Source of the DNA: a virus
DNA: 64,000 nucleotides
Virus record (IMG/VR): IMGVR_UViG_3300023174_000058
Location: 98,188-162,187 of that record
Direction: 5' to 3' (one strand)
The position numbers were made by a program, and so were the translations under genes. Positions 48,811-57,332 of the stretch are shown one piece after another. Positions within the stretch are counted from its first letter, which is position 1, and each line of letters starts with the position of its first letter. The notes below the pieces were generated by a model. It was not told the DNA's origin. It saw only the letters and a list, made by a program, of their open reading frames with translations, and did not search any database.

Positions 48811-49083
48811 ATGTCTAAGCACTCCCCAACACACGCAAGCGCAGCGCTACCACCAGATGTAAAACCATCTTTAGAGGCTAATGAACTATTAATTAAAAAG
48901 TTTTTAAAGAGTTGCAAAAAAGAAGATTTACAAAATGTAGTTTTTGAAAACAGCTCTGGTGTACGTCGTTTTGAGACTAAATCACAACGTGAACGCCGAG
49001 AGCGCCGCGTATCAAAAGAAAAAGCATTACGTGAGTACAAAGAGTCAGAACGTATGTCACAAGATGATAAAAAACGTAAATAA
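48811..49083 (+). CDS. rpsU: Divergent phage-encoded ribosomal protein bS21
   Basis: ELLIKKFLKSCKKEDL..RRFETKSQRERRERR matches the bS21 pattern E..L.RF...K.G....R..[YF]EKPS..RR; small and basic. Confidence 0.6.
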   Translation: MSKHSPTHASAALPPDVKPSLEANELLIKKFLKSCKKEDLQNVVFENSSGVRRFETKSQRERRERRVSKEKALREYKESERMSQDDKKRK

Positions 49084-49095
49084 GAGGTTATTTAA

Positions 49096-49500
49096 ATGTC
49101 AGATCAATCAGTCGCATTAAAGCCCGGAATCAATCACGTTGGCAATTACCAAGTAAGCGGTATTCCGTTTGCCAGTTCATCTATTGTGGCTCCTGCAACT
49201 TCAAGCACACCAGTTGAAGTTATATTCCCAAGTGTTACTAAATTTGTTGTTGTAAAAAACGTAAATCCGACAAGTGGAACATTGAGAGTTGGTTTTAGTT
49301 CAAATGGTGTAAAAACAGGAACTAATTATTTTCTTCTAGATAAAGGCGAATCCTTTTCAGGAGATTTAAAATTAACTTCTATATTTTTATTAAGCAATAA
49401 CGGTACTTCCATAAGCGCCTCAGTTATTGCTGGTTTAACTGGTATAGTTCCCGGCTTTAACCTAACCTCCGTTTACAGCGGATCCAGTGGTATTGGCTAG
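49096..49500 (+). CDS. Small virion beta protein (possible head decoration)
   Basis: 134 aa S/T/G rich; VGNYQVSGIPF; located in the head module. Confidence 0.45.
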   Translation: MSDQSVALKPGINHVGNYQVSGIPFASSSIVAPATSSTPVEVIFPSVTKFVVVKNVNPTSGTLRVGFSSNGVKTGTNYFLLDKGESFSGDLKLTSIFLLSNNGTSISASVIAGLTGIVPGFNLTSVYSGSSGIG

Positions 49501-49501
49501 T

Positions 49502-50527
49502 ATGAAAGTTTTAACCACACTAAGCGTATCTGGCGGTCTTGAAGTTGGCTCATCTTTACAAGATGTTTTTACTATTGGAACAGCTGGAATAGAGAACAAC
49601 GGTAATTCGGTAGATACGCTTAATGTTTGGGCAAACACAGAATTTAAAAATAACGTTATCTTAGGTAGTAGCAGCTCCGATACAATTATCGCAAATGGAA
49701 CGTTTGCCGCTAAATCAAATATAACAATTGAAAACTCAAGCCTATACTTAACTGGATCTGGCTCTACGATTTATTATAATGGCATGGATCTGTTAGCCAG
49801 CATGAACGGGGGCGGCGGTAGCAATAGTGGAAATGAAAGCGGCGGCGGCAATAAAGAACCATCTTATATAAATGATATATACGCTGGTAATAACATTACA
49901 ACTGCTCGAAGTGGTTCCGTTGTAACAGTATCGGTTGATAGAAATATTACTGATGGATACACTTTTTTGTTAAATAGCAGCAGTTATGTTCCGCAATATA
50001 ATGATAGAACAATTTATTTTAGTTTTAGCCCACATTATAATAATATAACTTATTTTCCGTGGGCAGCACAGTCAGCAAAACTAAAAAGCATAGATTATGC
50101 TATTTCTGACATAAGCATGTCGGTGTATCTACCGCCAGCGCAAACTCATTTAGGAAAGATGTTTACTTTTGTAAACGCAACCTATGTTGGGACTTCCTCA
50201 ATTGATATAATTGGATATGATGATTTACAGGGCAATACAACAACTGTAAATGGAAAATACTCAGTTCATAAACTTAAATTTTACCCATATTCAAGCGGCA
50301 ATTATACTGATTATATTGGCTCTGGAAAAATAACTGGGAATAACACTCTTGAAGTTTATTTAATAACAAATCAAGTAAAGGATTTTAAAACAATAGTTGG
50401 GCATAATTACGAAACTGATCAGCATAGCTTTATTACATTACAGGCAGTTTCGTCAAGCCAATATGGATATACATGGATGATTAGGGACATAAATGATTAT
50501 CAACCATACACCATAACAGCAATTTAA
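49502..50527 (+). CDS. Fibre-like virion protein (likely start 49502, MKVLTTL)
   Basis: LGSSSSDTI and IYAGNNIT fibre motifs, Gly linker; shares the KVLT N-terminal peptide with the fibre cluster. Confidence 0.45.
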   Translation: MKVLTTLSVSGGLEVGSSLQDVFTIGTAGIENNGNSVDTLNVWANTEFKNNVILGSSSSDTIIANGTFAAKSNITIENSSLYLTGSGSTIYYNGMDLLASMNGGGGSNSGNESGGGNKEPSYINDIYAGNNITTARSGSVVTVSVDRNITDGYTFLLNSSSYVPQYNDRTIYFSFSPHYNNITYFPWAAQSAKLKSIDYAISDISMSVYLPPAQTHLGKMFTFVNATYVGTSSIDIIGYDDLQGNTTTVNGKYSVHKLKFYPYSSGNYTDYIGSGKITGNNTLEVYLITNQVKDFKTIVGHNYETDQHSFITLQAVSSSQYGYTWMIRDINDYQPYTITAI

Positions 50528-50559
50528 TAATCATTTTGTAGTTTTTTGAAATGTATAGC

Positions 50560-50569
50560 ACTATTTATT
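50560..50569 (+). promoter_or_regulatory. Putative phage late promoter for scaffold and MCP (ACTATTTATT)
   Basis: Recurrent motif. Confidence 0.7.
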
Positions 50570-50599
50570 AACAAAGTTATAAATATATGAGGTAGTTAA

Positions 50600-51730
50600 A
50601 TGTCTTCATTGCTTGAACAAGCCATTATTGACGCCAAGACTCTTAAAGAGACAGCGCGTAAAAATGCAGAATCTGCAATATTAGAGAAATATTCAAACAA
50701 AATAAAACAAAGTATTGAAATGCTTTTAGAACAAGATGAGACGGACGCCGCTGCGTTAGTTGACTCTTTAGGAGAAGCAGAAACGACAGCCGCAGCAACA
50801 CCAGTTGCACAAACTGAAGTCCCAACTGCTACATCGCCAGAAGTTAAAAAAGTTATGGATAAAATTCCGCCTTCATATCTTGGTGAAAACAACTTAGACG
50901 AAATCGAGCTTGATCTTGATTCTTTAGTCGAAGAAGTTGACAATATGAAAAAAGAATTAAATATTGAAGAAATGCCAAAAGAAGATTCAAATGTCGTTCA
51001 GCAACCAACAGCTAGAATCGCTTCAGATACATTAGCTGAAAGCGATATGCCAGAAGCGGCCGAAGAGTCTCTTGAGGAAGAACTTGAAGAGCAACCAGAA
51101 GAAATGGTTGAAGTTGATGAAAAGCTTGAAGAAGAAATTCAAATTGATATTAAAAATGTTGCTCCCGGTGGTATCAATGCAAACACAATTGAATTAGAAA
51201 AACAAATGAGTATTGCTAAAGTTTTAGCTGCTCAACTTGAAGATTTAAAAGAACATCTATTAGTAAAAGATAATCAGATTGCACACATGGAAGCTGAACT
51301 CACCGAAGCAAAAGTGATGGTAAGCGAAAAAGCTACACAATTAAAAGAAACAAAAGAAAAACTTAAGAAATCAATGTCTGTTAATGTTCATCTAAAAGAA
51401 AGCTTTGAACAATTCAGCCAAAAACTTAATGAAGTAAACCTTATCAACGCACGTTTACTTTATTCAAATAAGGTGCTTAGAAATGCCTCACTTAATGAGC
51501 GGCAGCGTGATCAAATTGCCGAAGCCATTTCTAGCGCCGCATCGGTAGAAGAAGCTAAGACTGTTTATGAAACCCTACAAAAGTCAATGCAAACTGTAGT
51601 TGAAAAACGTACAGCCCCACAATCATTGTCTGAGGCCGTAAACAAAGCTAGTAGCCCATTCTTACCAAGAAATCAAACAACAGTTGATCCAACAAAGGAT
51701 CGCTGGAAGATTCTAGCAGGAATCAAATAA
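50600..51730 (+). CDS. Prohead scaffold/core protein (T4 gp22-like)
   Basis: Acidic coiled coil directly before the MCP; LNEVNLINARLLY, RWKILAGIK terminus; many L/I-X-E sites. Confidence 0.8.
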   Translation: MSSLLEQAIIDAKTLKETARKNAESAILEKYSNKIKQSIEMLLEQDETDAAALVDSLGEAETTAAATPVAQTEVPTATSPEVKKVMDKIPPSYLGENNLDEIELDLDSLVEEVDNMKKELNIEEMPKEDSNVVQQPTARIASDTLAESDMPEAAEESLEEELEEQPEEMVEVDEKLEEEIQIDIKNVAPGGINANTIELEKQMSIAKVLAAQLEDLKEHLLVKDNQIAHMEAELTEAKVMVSEKATQLKETKEKLKKSMSVNVHLKESFEQFSQKLNEVNLINARLLYSNKVLRNASLNERQRDQIAEAISSAASVEEAKTVYETLQKSMQTVVEKRTAPQSLSEAVNKASSPFLPRNQTTVDPTKDRWKILAGIK

Positions 51731-51760
51731 CAACTATCTCATACGAGAGGAAAAATAATT

Positions 51761-53596
51761 ATGGCTAACATTTTAGAACGCCTTACAGAAGGCACAGTAT
51801 TTCACGACAAGAAGCGCGAAAGCGCAGCACTAGTAGGTAAATGGGAAGCTTCAGGTCTACTCGAAGGTATCAGCGATGAATTCCAACGTGGTTCAATGGC
51901 TGTTCTTCTCGAAAACCAAGCAAAAGAACTACTTCGCGAAGCTAACACAATGTCAGCTGGCGACGTTCAAGGTTTCGCAGCAGTTGCGTTCCCAATCGTT
52001 CGCCGCGTATTCGCTGGCCTAATCGCCAACGACCTCGTCTCAGTACAACCAATGTCACTACCAAGCGGTCTTGTATTCTTCATGGACTTCAAGCACGGCA
52101 ATGATCTTGGTCTATCAGATGACAAAGTAATCACTTCCGGCGAGTCAGTATACGGTGATCGCGTTGGCGAAGAAATTCGTAAAGGCGTTCGCGTTGATGG
52201 CAATGCTTATGCAGAAAAAGGTTATTTCGCATTAACATCAGGTTATGGTACAGCGCGTTACGCTGAAACAGTTGCTGGTACTTCAGTAGTTGCAATCACT
52301 GCTTCAGTAGACCTCTCTGCTCCATCAGATCTAGGTGCAGCTCTATTACGCAACGACGCAGACTTACTTGCTGAAACAACCAAGAAAGCAGTTGTTGTTC
52401 GTTTCCCAGTATCAGCCCTAACCACCGCTGGTGGCCTATTAGCTGAACAAGATTTAACCTCAATCTCAATTGCTTCAGGTTCAGCAACTGCTGGCATTGG
52501 TACATCAGCTGCCTCACTTGCTTCAGCCGCTGGCCTATTAGCACAACCAGTTCGCCGTTTAACCAAAGTTGTTGAAGGCGCAGGTACCTTTGCTGCCGCT
52601 GATACACTCGGCACCAAGTACGTCGAAATGGTATTCCTACACTCATCATCAGTATCATTTGCTGCTGGCGATGATTTCGCAACCGGCTCAGTTGCTTCAC
52701 TCGTTGTCGAAGTTCCAGTTAAAGACAAACTTGCTGGCGTAACCGACAGCATGGGTAACAGTGTACTTGGCGCTCTTGCAGGTCAATCACCTTGGTCATT
52801 AGAAAACAGCGCAAACATCTCAGAAATCCAACTCAAAGTTGATTCATTCCAAATCTCAGCTCGTACCCGTAAGCTCAAGGCTGCTTGGACCCCAGAATTA
52901 GGCCAAGATCTAAACGCTTACCACAACCTTGACGCCGAAGTTGAATTAACTTCAATCCTCAGCGAAACAATCGGTCTTGAAATTGATCAAGAAATTCTTA
53001 ACGATCTAATCAAGGGCGCAACCGCTGGCGTTAAGTACTGGTCACGTCGCCCCGGTAAGTTCGTAAACCGCAACACCGGTGTTGACCTTGCAACCTCACT
53101 ATACGGTGGCACCAACCCAGCGTTCCCACCAGACTTCACTGGTAACGTTTCAATGTGGTACGAAACCCTCATCGAAACAATCAACGACGTTTCAGCTAAC
53201 ATCCACCGCAAGACACTACGCGGTGGCGCTAACTTCATCGTTGTTTCACCAGAAGTTGCAAACATCCTTGAATTCACTGCTGGCTTCCGCGCTACCGTAA
53301 CACACGATAGCGAAAAAGGCTCAACCGGTGCAATTAAGGTTGGCGCTCTAAATGCCAAGTTCGACGTAATCGTTGACCCATACTTCCCACGTAACGTAAT
53401 CCTCGTTGGTCGTAAGGGTGCCTCATTCCTCGAATCAGGTTACGTTTATGCTCCATACGTACCACTACAAACCACACCAACCATCTTCGATCCTAACACC
53501 TTCACACCACGTAAGGCCGTTATGACTCGTTATGGTAAGGCTATGGTTCGCCCAGATATGTACGGGCTTTGTGTGGTTCAAGACCTATTAGGCTAA
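51761..53596 (+). CDS. Major capsid protein (T4 gp23-like) with a large internal insertion
   Basis: KW..SGLLEG, LLENQ, PIVRRVF..LIANDLVSVQPM..PSGLVF, TRKLKAAWT.E..QDL.AYH.LDAE.EL, YAPYVPL, TRYG. Confidence 0.95.
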   Translation: MANILERLTEGTVFHDKKRESAALVGKWEASGLLEGISDEFQRGSMAVLLENQAKELLREANTMSAGDVQGFAAVAFPIVRRVFAGLIANDLVSVQPMSLPSGLVFFMDFKHGNDLGLSDDKVITSGESVYGDRVGEEIRKGVRVDGNAYAEKGYFALTSGYGTARYAETVAGTSVVAITASVDLSAPSDLGAALLRNDADLLAETTKKAVVVRFPVSALTTAGGLLAEQDLTSISIASGSATAGIGTSAASLASAAGLLAQPVRRLTKVVEGAGTFAAADTLGTKYVEMVFLHSSSVSFAAGDDFATGSVASLVVEVPVKDKLAGVTDSMGNSVLGALAGQSPWSLENSANISEIQLKVDSFQISARTRKLKAAWTPELGQDLNAYHNLDAEVELTSILSETIGLEIDQEILNDLIKGATAGVKYWSRRPGKFVNRNTGVDLATSLYGGTNPAFPPDFTGNVSMWYETLIETINDVSANIHRKTLRGGANFIVVSPEVANILEFTAGFRATVTHDSEKGSTGAIKVGALNAKFDVIVDPYFPRNVILVGRKGASFLESGYVYAPYVPLQTTPTIFDPNTFTPRKAVMTRYGKAMVRPDMYGLCVVQDLLG

Positions 53597-53620
53597 ACCC
53601 TAAAGCTCTAATGTAAGAGG

Positions 53621-53650
53621 AAAACCCGCTGAAAGGCGGGTTTTCTTTTT
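53621..53650 (+). terminator. Rho-independent terminator after the MCP
   Basis: AAAACCCGCT-GAAA-GGCGGGTTTT followed by CTTTTT. Confidence 0.9.
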
Positions 53651-53667
53651 AATAAACTACTTACAAT

Positions 53668-54246
53668 ATGCAAGCAATCTATCAAATAAAAAATAAAATA
53701 AATAACAAATTTTACATAGGCAGCACCAATAACATAAAAAAGCGCTGGAATAATCATCGTTCCAAACTCCGAAACGGGAAGCATGAAAATGCTTATTTGC
53801 AACAGGCGTGGAATAAATACGGGGAAAACACATTTGAATTTATTGTTCTTGAAGAAGTAAATGATAATAATAGAATAGAGAGAGAAATTTATTATTTAAA
53901 TGAAACAAAGTGTTATGAAAGATCTATTGGATATAACTTCGATAAAAATCCAACAGACAAAAGTGGTTCAAAAAATCCTTTTTATGGTAAAAAACATTCA
54001 CAAGAAGTAAAACAAAAAATAAAAATTGCTGCCAATAATCGAACGGAAGAAACTAACAAAAGGATATCAGATTCACGTAAAGGCGAAAAAAGCAACACTG
54101 CTAAATTAACTTGGGAACAAGTTAGAGAAATAAGGAAACTATATGCAAACAGTAATGAAACATACAGATCGTTAGGAAAAAAATATAATGTTACAAAAGG
54201 TACTATTCAAGCAATATTAGAAAAAAAATCTTGGAAAGAAGAATAA
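53668..54246 (+). CDS. Free-standing GIY-YIG homing endonuclease with NUMOD3 and HTH-like tail
   Basis: AIYQIKN..FYIGST..RW..H, LQ.AWNKYG, GYN, NPFYGKKHS, AKLTWEQVREIR. Confidence 0.9.
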   Translation: MQAIYQIKNKINNKFYIGSTNNIKKRWNNHRSKLRNGKHENAYLQQAWNKYGENTFEFIVLEEVNDNNRIEREIYYLNETKCYERSIGYNFDKNPTDKSGSKNPFYGKKHSQEVKQKIKIAANNRTEETNKRISDSRKGEKSNTAKLTWEQVREIRKLYANSNETYRSLGKKYNVTKGTIQAILEKKSWKEE

Positions 54247-54266
54247 AAATTAAATGCTGAAAAGCA

Positions 54267-54296
54267 GCCCCGCCTCCAAAAGAGGCGGGGTTTTTT
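54267..54296 (+). terminator. Rho-independent terminator
   Basis: GCCCCGCCTC-CAAAA-GAGGCGGGGT followed by TTTTT. Confidence 0.9.
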
Positions 54297-54307
54297 ATTA
54301 TTTAAAA

Positions 54308-54317
54308 ACTATTTAAT
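54308..54317 (+). promoter_or_regulatory. Putative phage late promoter (ACTATTTAAT)
   Basis: Recurrent motif right after a terminator. Confidence 0.6.
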
Positions 54318-54334
54318 TCCATAGAGGTTGCTTT

Positions 54335-54601
54335 ATGAAAATTACAAAAAGCTATTTAAAACAAATCATTAAAGAAGAGTTAGAAAAAATTGACGAGCAA
54401 CAATTAGAACTACCATTTGGCTCTCAAATCCCACAGCAACAGATTGTGGATCCAAAACCTACATCGAAAAGTGAAGAACAAAAAAAACAAGAGCAAGAAC
54501 AAATAAAGTTAATTAATAATCAAATAAACACAAAACAAGATGAAATTAAGCTTTTAAAAAAACAATTAAATTCTTTAATGCAATCACAAGCTGGAGTTTA
54601 A
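54335..54601 (+). CDS. Candidate internal head protein
   Basis: MKITKSYLKQIIKEELEKIDE leader; own promoter motif and SD GAGG. Confidence 0.5.
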   Translation: MKITKSYLKQIIKEELEKIDEQQLELPFGSQIPQQQIVDPKPTSKSEEQKKQEQEQIKLINNQINTKQDEIKLLKKQLNSLMQSQAGV

Positions 54602-54609
54602 AATATTAA

Positions 54610-55884
54610 ATGGCATATCCCGTCCTCACACCAGTATCAAATACAAGCAAGAGTATATTATCTCCAACCGGCAGCGCAGCAGCCGTTACAACATCATCAC
54701 TACCATTTGGTGTTTATGTAAACGATAATTACTGGTCAGCCGATCAAATAAATCTATTTAAACAAGGTGCAGCAGAACAGGTAGCCTTTGTTTATAAAAA
54801 GCTTGGTGGCGACGTACTTGATATTGAATTGGTTGATTCACAAGTTTACGCAGCATATGAAGAAGCGTGTCTTGAATATTCTTATTTATTAAACCTACAT
54901 CAATCAAAAAATTCATTATCACGCGCTCTTGGTGCAAAAACAGGTTCATTTGATCAAAAAGGCCAATTAACTGGCTCTGAATATGACACGTCTGAACATA
55001 TAGAATTAAAATATCCAAAATTTTCTCTAGGCTATGCTCAAAGAGTCGGTCAAGGCTATTCAGATGTTGTGTCGTTAAACGGCACTACAGACACATATTC
55101 TGCGTCATTTGATATTGTTGCTGGTCAACAGGATTATGATTTACAAGCAATCTTGATGGCATCTGATATGAGTGCATCAGTCGCAAATAAAAAAGTATTA
55201 GTTAAACGTGTGTTTTATAAAACAACAGCTGCTTCTTGGAACTTTTATGGTTACTTCGGCGGCCTTAACGTTGTTGGCAACTTAAGCACATATGGTCAAT
55301 ATGCGGATGATAGCACGTTTGAGGTTATCCCAACGTGGCAGAATAAACTTCAAGCAATGGCATACGAAGACGCTATCAAGACTCGTGTAAGTGATTACAG
55401 TTATCAACTCCGTAACAATAAAGTGCGTATTTTCCCAACCCCAGCATCAAGCAGCCCGATCAAGTTTTGGTTTGAATACCAGATTCCAGAAGGCCCTTGG
55501 GCAGAACAAGCTGATAACGTTACTGATGCAAACACTGATGGTGTAAACAATTTAAATACATTACCATTCCAAAATATACCATATGATAAAATAAATTCAA
55601 TTGGTAAGCAATGGATACGCCGCTTTTGTTTATCGCTATGCAAGGAAATGCTTGGCTATATTCGTAGTAAGTTTGCAACAATTCCAATTCCCGGTGAATC
55701 TGTTACATTAAATGGCACAGCGCTTGTAACAGAAGCAAAAGCAGAACAAATAGCATTACGCGAAGAGCTAACTAAAGTTCTTGATGAAACAACATACGAC
55801 AAGCTCCTTGAAAAAGATGCAAGTATTTCAGAAAACTCTTCTAAAATACAGAACTTTGCTCCAAATCTTATATATGTGGGGTGA
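54610..55884 (+). CDS. Neck protein / head-tail adaptor (T4 gp13-like)
   Basis: KLGG.V.DIEL..Q, QWIR.F.L.L.KE.LG..R.KF..IPIPG..VTLNG. Confidence 0.8.
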   Translation: MAYPVLTPVSNTSKSILSPTGSAAAVTTSSLPFGVYVNDNYWSADQINLFKQGAAEQVAFVYKKLGGDVLDIELVDSQVYAAYEEACLEYSYLLNLHQSKNSLSRALGAKTGSFDQKGQLTGSEYDTSEHIELKYPKFSLGYAQRVGQGYSDVVSLNGTTDTYSASFDIVAGQQDYDLQAILMASDMSASVANKKVLVKRVFYKTTAASWNFYGYFGGLNVVGNLSTYGQYADDSTFEVIPTWQNKLQAMAYEDAIKTRVSDYSYQLRNNKVRIFPTPASSSPIKFWFEYQIPEGPWAEQADNVTDANTDGVNNLNTLPFQNIPYDKINSIGKQWIRRFCLSLCKEMLGYIRSKFATIPIPGESVTLNGTALVTEAKAEQIALREELTKVLDETTYDKLLEKDASISENSSKIQNFAPNLIYVG

Positions 55885-55899
55885 TTTTTGGCGTACATA

Positions 55900-55909
55900 A
55901 CTATTTATC
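55900..55909 (+). promoter_or_regulatory. Putative phage late promoter (ACTATTTATC)
   Basis: Recurrent motif upstream of the endonuclease. Confidence 0.6.
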
Positions 55910-55924
55910 ATAAAGGAGAAATTT

Positions 55925-56746
55925 ATGATAAAGTGTGAAATCTGTAATAAAGAGTTTAATTTTATTCCCGGTCATTTGAAAAAACATAATCTAACTGTAG
56001 AGCAATATAAACAGCAATATGCTTGCGCTAAACTGACGAGCGAAGAAATGAATAAAAAAACGTCGGAAAGCACAAAACTAGCAATGAGACAGACTGAGAT
56101 GCTAGAGAAAATGAAAGAAGCTAGAAAAAAAATAGACTATTCCAAAAATAAACCTATCTTTGATAGGAACGATCAACAAATTAAAAAACGTCAATATAGT
56201 TTAGAGAGAAATAAAAAAATATCTGATGCTAAAAAAAAGTTTTGGGAAAGCAAAAAAGGAAAAACTGTAGAACAATTATTTGGTGAAGAAAAAGGTAAAA
56301 AAATTAGACAAATAAAAAGCCTACAGAACAAAGGAGAAAATAACCCAGCCTATGGAAAAGTCTATACAAAGATAGGAAGGAAAAGAGGATTTTACAAAGG
56401 ATTTTTCTTTAGAAGTTTATGGGAATATTCATATATAAAATTTTTAGAACAAAATGGAACTTTTTTAGAAGACATACAATATGAAACGATTAAAATAAAA
56501 TATACAAATAAGGGTAGTGGAAGAACCTATACCCCAGATTTTTTCCTACCTAAAGAAAAAAAATTAATAGAAATAAAATCTAAATGGTTTCTTCAAACTG
56601 ACAAAGAATTAATAGATATAAAAAAACAAGCAGCGGAAAAATGGTGTTTAGAAAACAATATAAGTTATCAAATTTTGACAGAAGACGATTTTCCTATATT
56701 GTCTTATAAACAAGCAAAAGAAGATAAAGATGTCAAATTTATTTAG
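55925..56746 (+). CDS. Free-standing PD-(D/E)XK (TnsA-N / gp4-like) endonuclease with N-terminal zinc finger; probable homing endonuclease
   Basis: CEIC..HLKKH zinc finger, GENNPAYGK, FRSLWE, YTPDF, LIEIKS; inserted between neck genes with its own promoter motif; very A rich. Confidence 0.7.
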   Translation: MIKCEICNKEFNFIPGHLKKHNLTVEQYKQQYACAKLTSEEMNKKTSESTKLAMRQTEMLEKMKEARKKIDYSKNKPIFDRNDQQIKKRQYSLERNKKISDAKKKFWESKKGKTVEQLFGEEKGKKIRQIKSLQNKGENNPAYGKVYTKIGRKRGFYKGFFFRSLWEYSYIKFLEQNGTFLEDIQYETIKIKYTNKGSGRTYTPDFFLPKEKKLIEIKSKWFLQTDKELIDIKKQAAEKWCLENNISYQILTEDDFPILSYKQAKEDKDVKFI

Positions 56747-56759
56747 GAATATAATTTAA

Positions 56760-57254
56760 ATGGCTAAGAAAAAAGATAAATGGACGCAGCCTGAAGCCCC
56801 GCCGCCGCCACTATTTACCGGTCAAAAAGAAAAAGACCTTGTAAAACAAGTAAATGATGAACTTATTGAACGTGTGATAGGTCAGGCGGTTGTTTATTAT
56901 CCTATTAGTTTAGAGCATACTAATTTTCATCCCCTATACGGTGAAGCATTAAATAAAACGTTCCTACCGCCTGTGCATATAAATGCTCTTGTAGAGTGGG
57001 AAGGCTATAAAACAACAACAAATAATTTTGGCGTTGATCGCCGTCCATCCATTATTGTGCATTTTCATAAACGTCGTCTTGTAGAAGATCAAGATGTTTA
57101 CGTACGAGAAGGTGACTTTCTTTTTTATGATGATGCGTATTTTGAAATCGTAACATTATTAGAACCAAAGCGCCTATTTGGTGATGCCAAATACAAGATG
57201 GAAATAGCAGCAAAATGCATTAAAGCACGCCAAGGCATATTTGATGCTAAATAA
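56760..57254 (+). CDS. Neck/head-closure protein (T4 gp14-like)
   Basis: ELIE..GQ.V.YY, HPLYGE, FG, F...L, EGD pattern. Confidence 0.7.
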   Translation: MAKKKDKWTQPEAPPPPLFTGQKEKDLVKQVNDELIERVIGQAVVYYPISLEHTNFHPLYGEALNKTFLPPVHINALVEWEGYKTTTNNFGVDRRPSIIVHFHKRRLVEDQDVYVREGDFLFYDDAYFEIVTLLEPKRLFGDAKYKMEIAAKCIKARQGIFDAK

Positions 57255-57276
57255 ATGGATTTTCATAAATTTTCTA

Positions 57277-57286
57277 TCTACTTATT
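57277..57286 (+). promoter_or_regulatory. Putative phage late promoter for the sheath (TCTACTTATT)
   Basis: Variant of the recurrent motif. Confidence 0.55.
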
Positions 57287-57332
57287 ATAAGTTTTCACAC
57301 ATATAGAAATTTAGTTTTAGGAGACTATTTTA

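Noticed and set aside
51967-53358. Several minus-strand ORFs within the MCP gene (and similarly within the sheath, terminase and SbcCD genes)
   Set aside because: Expected by-products of biased codon usage in highly expressed + strand genes; no protein-like motifs.
42166-53596. Introns or inteins in terminase, portal or MCP
   Set aside because: ORFs are continuous and lack intein C/S...HN ends; both endonucleases lie between genes.
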